A stretch of DNA of 62,891 nucleotides, filler included, from Neolecta irregularis DAH-3 (taxonomy: Eukaryota): the NCBI GenBank assembly GCA_001929475.1. It is 8 parts of 8 records of this genome, joined end to end, with 100 filler letters (N's around TTAATTAATTAA, not from the genome) between each part and the next. Parts side by side here need not be neighbours in the genome. Positions count along the whole stretch, not along the records: positions 44,981 to 62,891 come from LXFE01000941.1; 7 more parts are not named here. One strand, given 5' to 3'. The notes beneath the pieces are model-generated. The model was given only the letters and a program-made list of their open reading frames with translations, was not told the origin of the DNA and made no database searches. Position 1 is the stretch's first letter. The number at the start of each line of letters is the position of its first letter. Both the position numbers and the translations under genes were made by a program. This document shows, in pieces, positions 62,301 through 62,891 of this stretch.

Positions 62301-62891
62301 TGATACAAATCTCCAAAGATCCTGAAGCCCAATATCACTATGCTCACTAATAACCAACAAATCTATTACAACTATACTACAACAACGAACTCCCTATAAA
62401 CCTTAGGCTACAATCTGCGGGTATCACATACTTGACTAGGAATATCTAACTGCGTTTATATACTTCCCGTCAAGCCAGGTTGCCGTATTGGTAAGATATA
62501 TGTGGGGAGGAAACCACAAGCACAAGAGACGGATAACCACCGCCACCGGCAAACGAACCAAGGACATCCTCAAAGCGAGATCGCCCTCTCTATCCGCAAG
62601 TAGAGCTAGGAAGCTCAATAAGGATGTTAGCCGATTCCCCATCATTGGGGGTGGTCATACATTGACCCGCGATCGGGCGCGATGTGAGGAGCGCGGCTGC
62701 TCAAAGAGGAAGTCAATCTAGTCATTGACAAACAGAGCAGCGATATCCTCACGGCGCGATCCATCGAATACCCCACAAGAAGAGCTAGGGAGCTCAATGG
62801 GGAGATGTGAGGAACGGTAGAGGCGCCGTAGAGGAAGGAGCCAATAGGCAGCAGCGAAGCGCGCCTCAAGGAATTACTATATAAGTAGGTC
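62301..62891 (-). mobile_element. LTR-family A copy (inverted, runs off window)
   Basis: Reverse complement matches 9860-10250 and carries ATATATCTTACCAAT, as at ~13215. Confidence 0.65.

Overview
Eukaryotic (fungal) genomic DNA: compact and intron-rich, with mostly 30-45 nt introns. Gene content and intron style suggest an early-diverging ascomycete (Taphrinomycotina, Neolecta-like); this is inference only. Seven N-blocks containing a TTAATTAATTAA linker are artificial contig joins, so neighbourhood across them is unreliable. About 33 protein genes or fragments are supportable: SEC21, a P450, CSM1, TUM1, a class-1A DHODH-like gene, GH15 glucoamylase, RPL43, SPOUT methyltransferase, PSF1, CRIPT, mL46, SSSCA1-like, TWF1, two head-to-head PARN/CAF1 paralogs, TFC6, a thioesterase, SCY1-like, BAT1, UPF3, SIT4/PPE1, PDCD2, RPL26, GH18 chitinase, YRA1, EME1 and several secreted orphans. 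There are also two tRNAs, solo LTRs and hAT/MITE-like repeats. The four strongest signals are: (1) a secreted PAN/Apple + Ulp1(C48)-like protease effector candidate, with a probable relative disrupted by a TSD-flanked solo LTR; (2) permissive splicing, with an AT-AC intron in SIT4, a GA-AG (or GC-AG) intron in twinfilin, five GC-AG introns, a 3-nt microexon and 30-35 nt introns; (3) a long, structured YRA1 intron at the budding-yeast autoregulatory position; (4) a stand-alone Gag capsid ORF beside a tRNA. All exon models were derived by eye and need RNA-seq confirmation.
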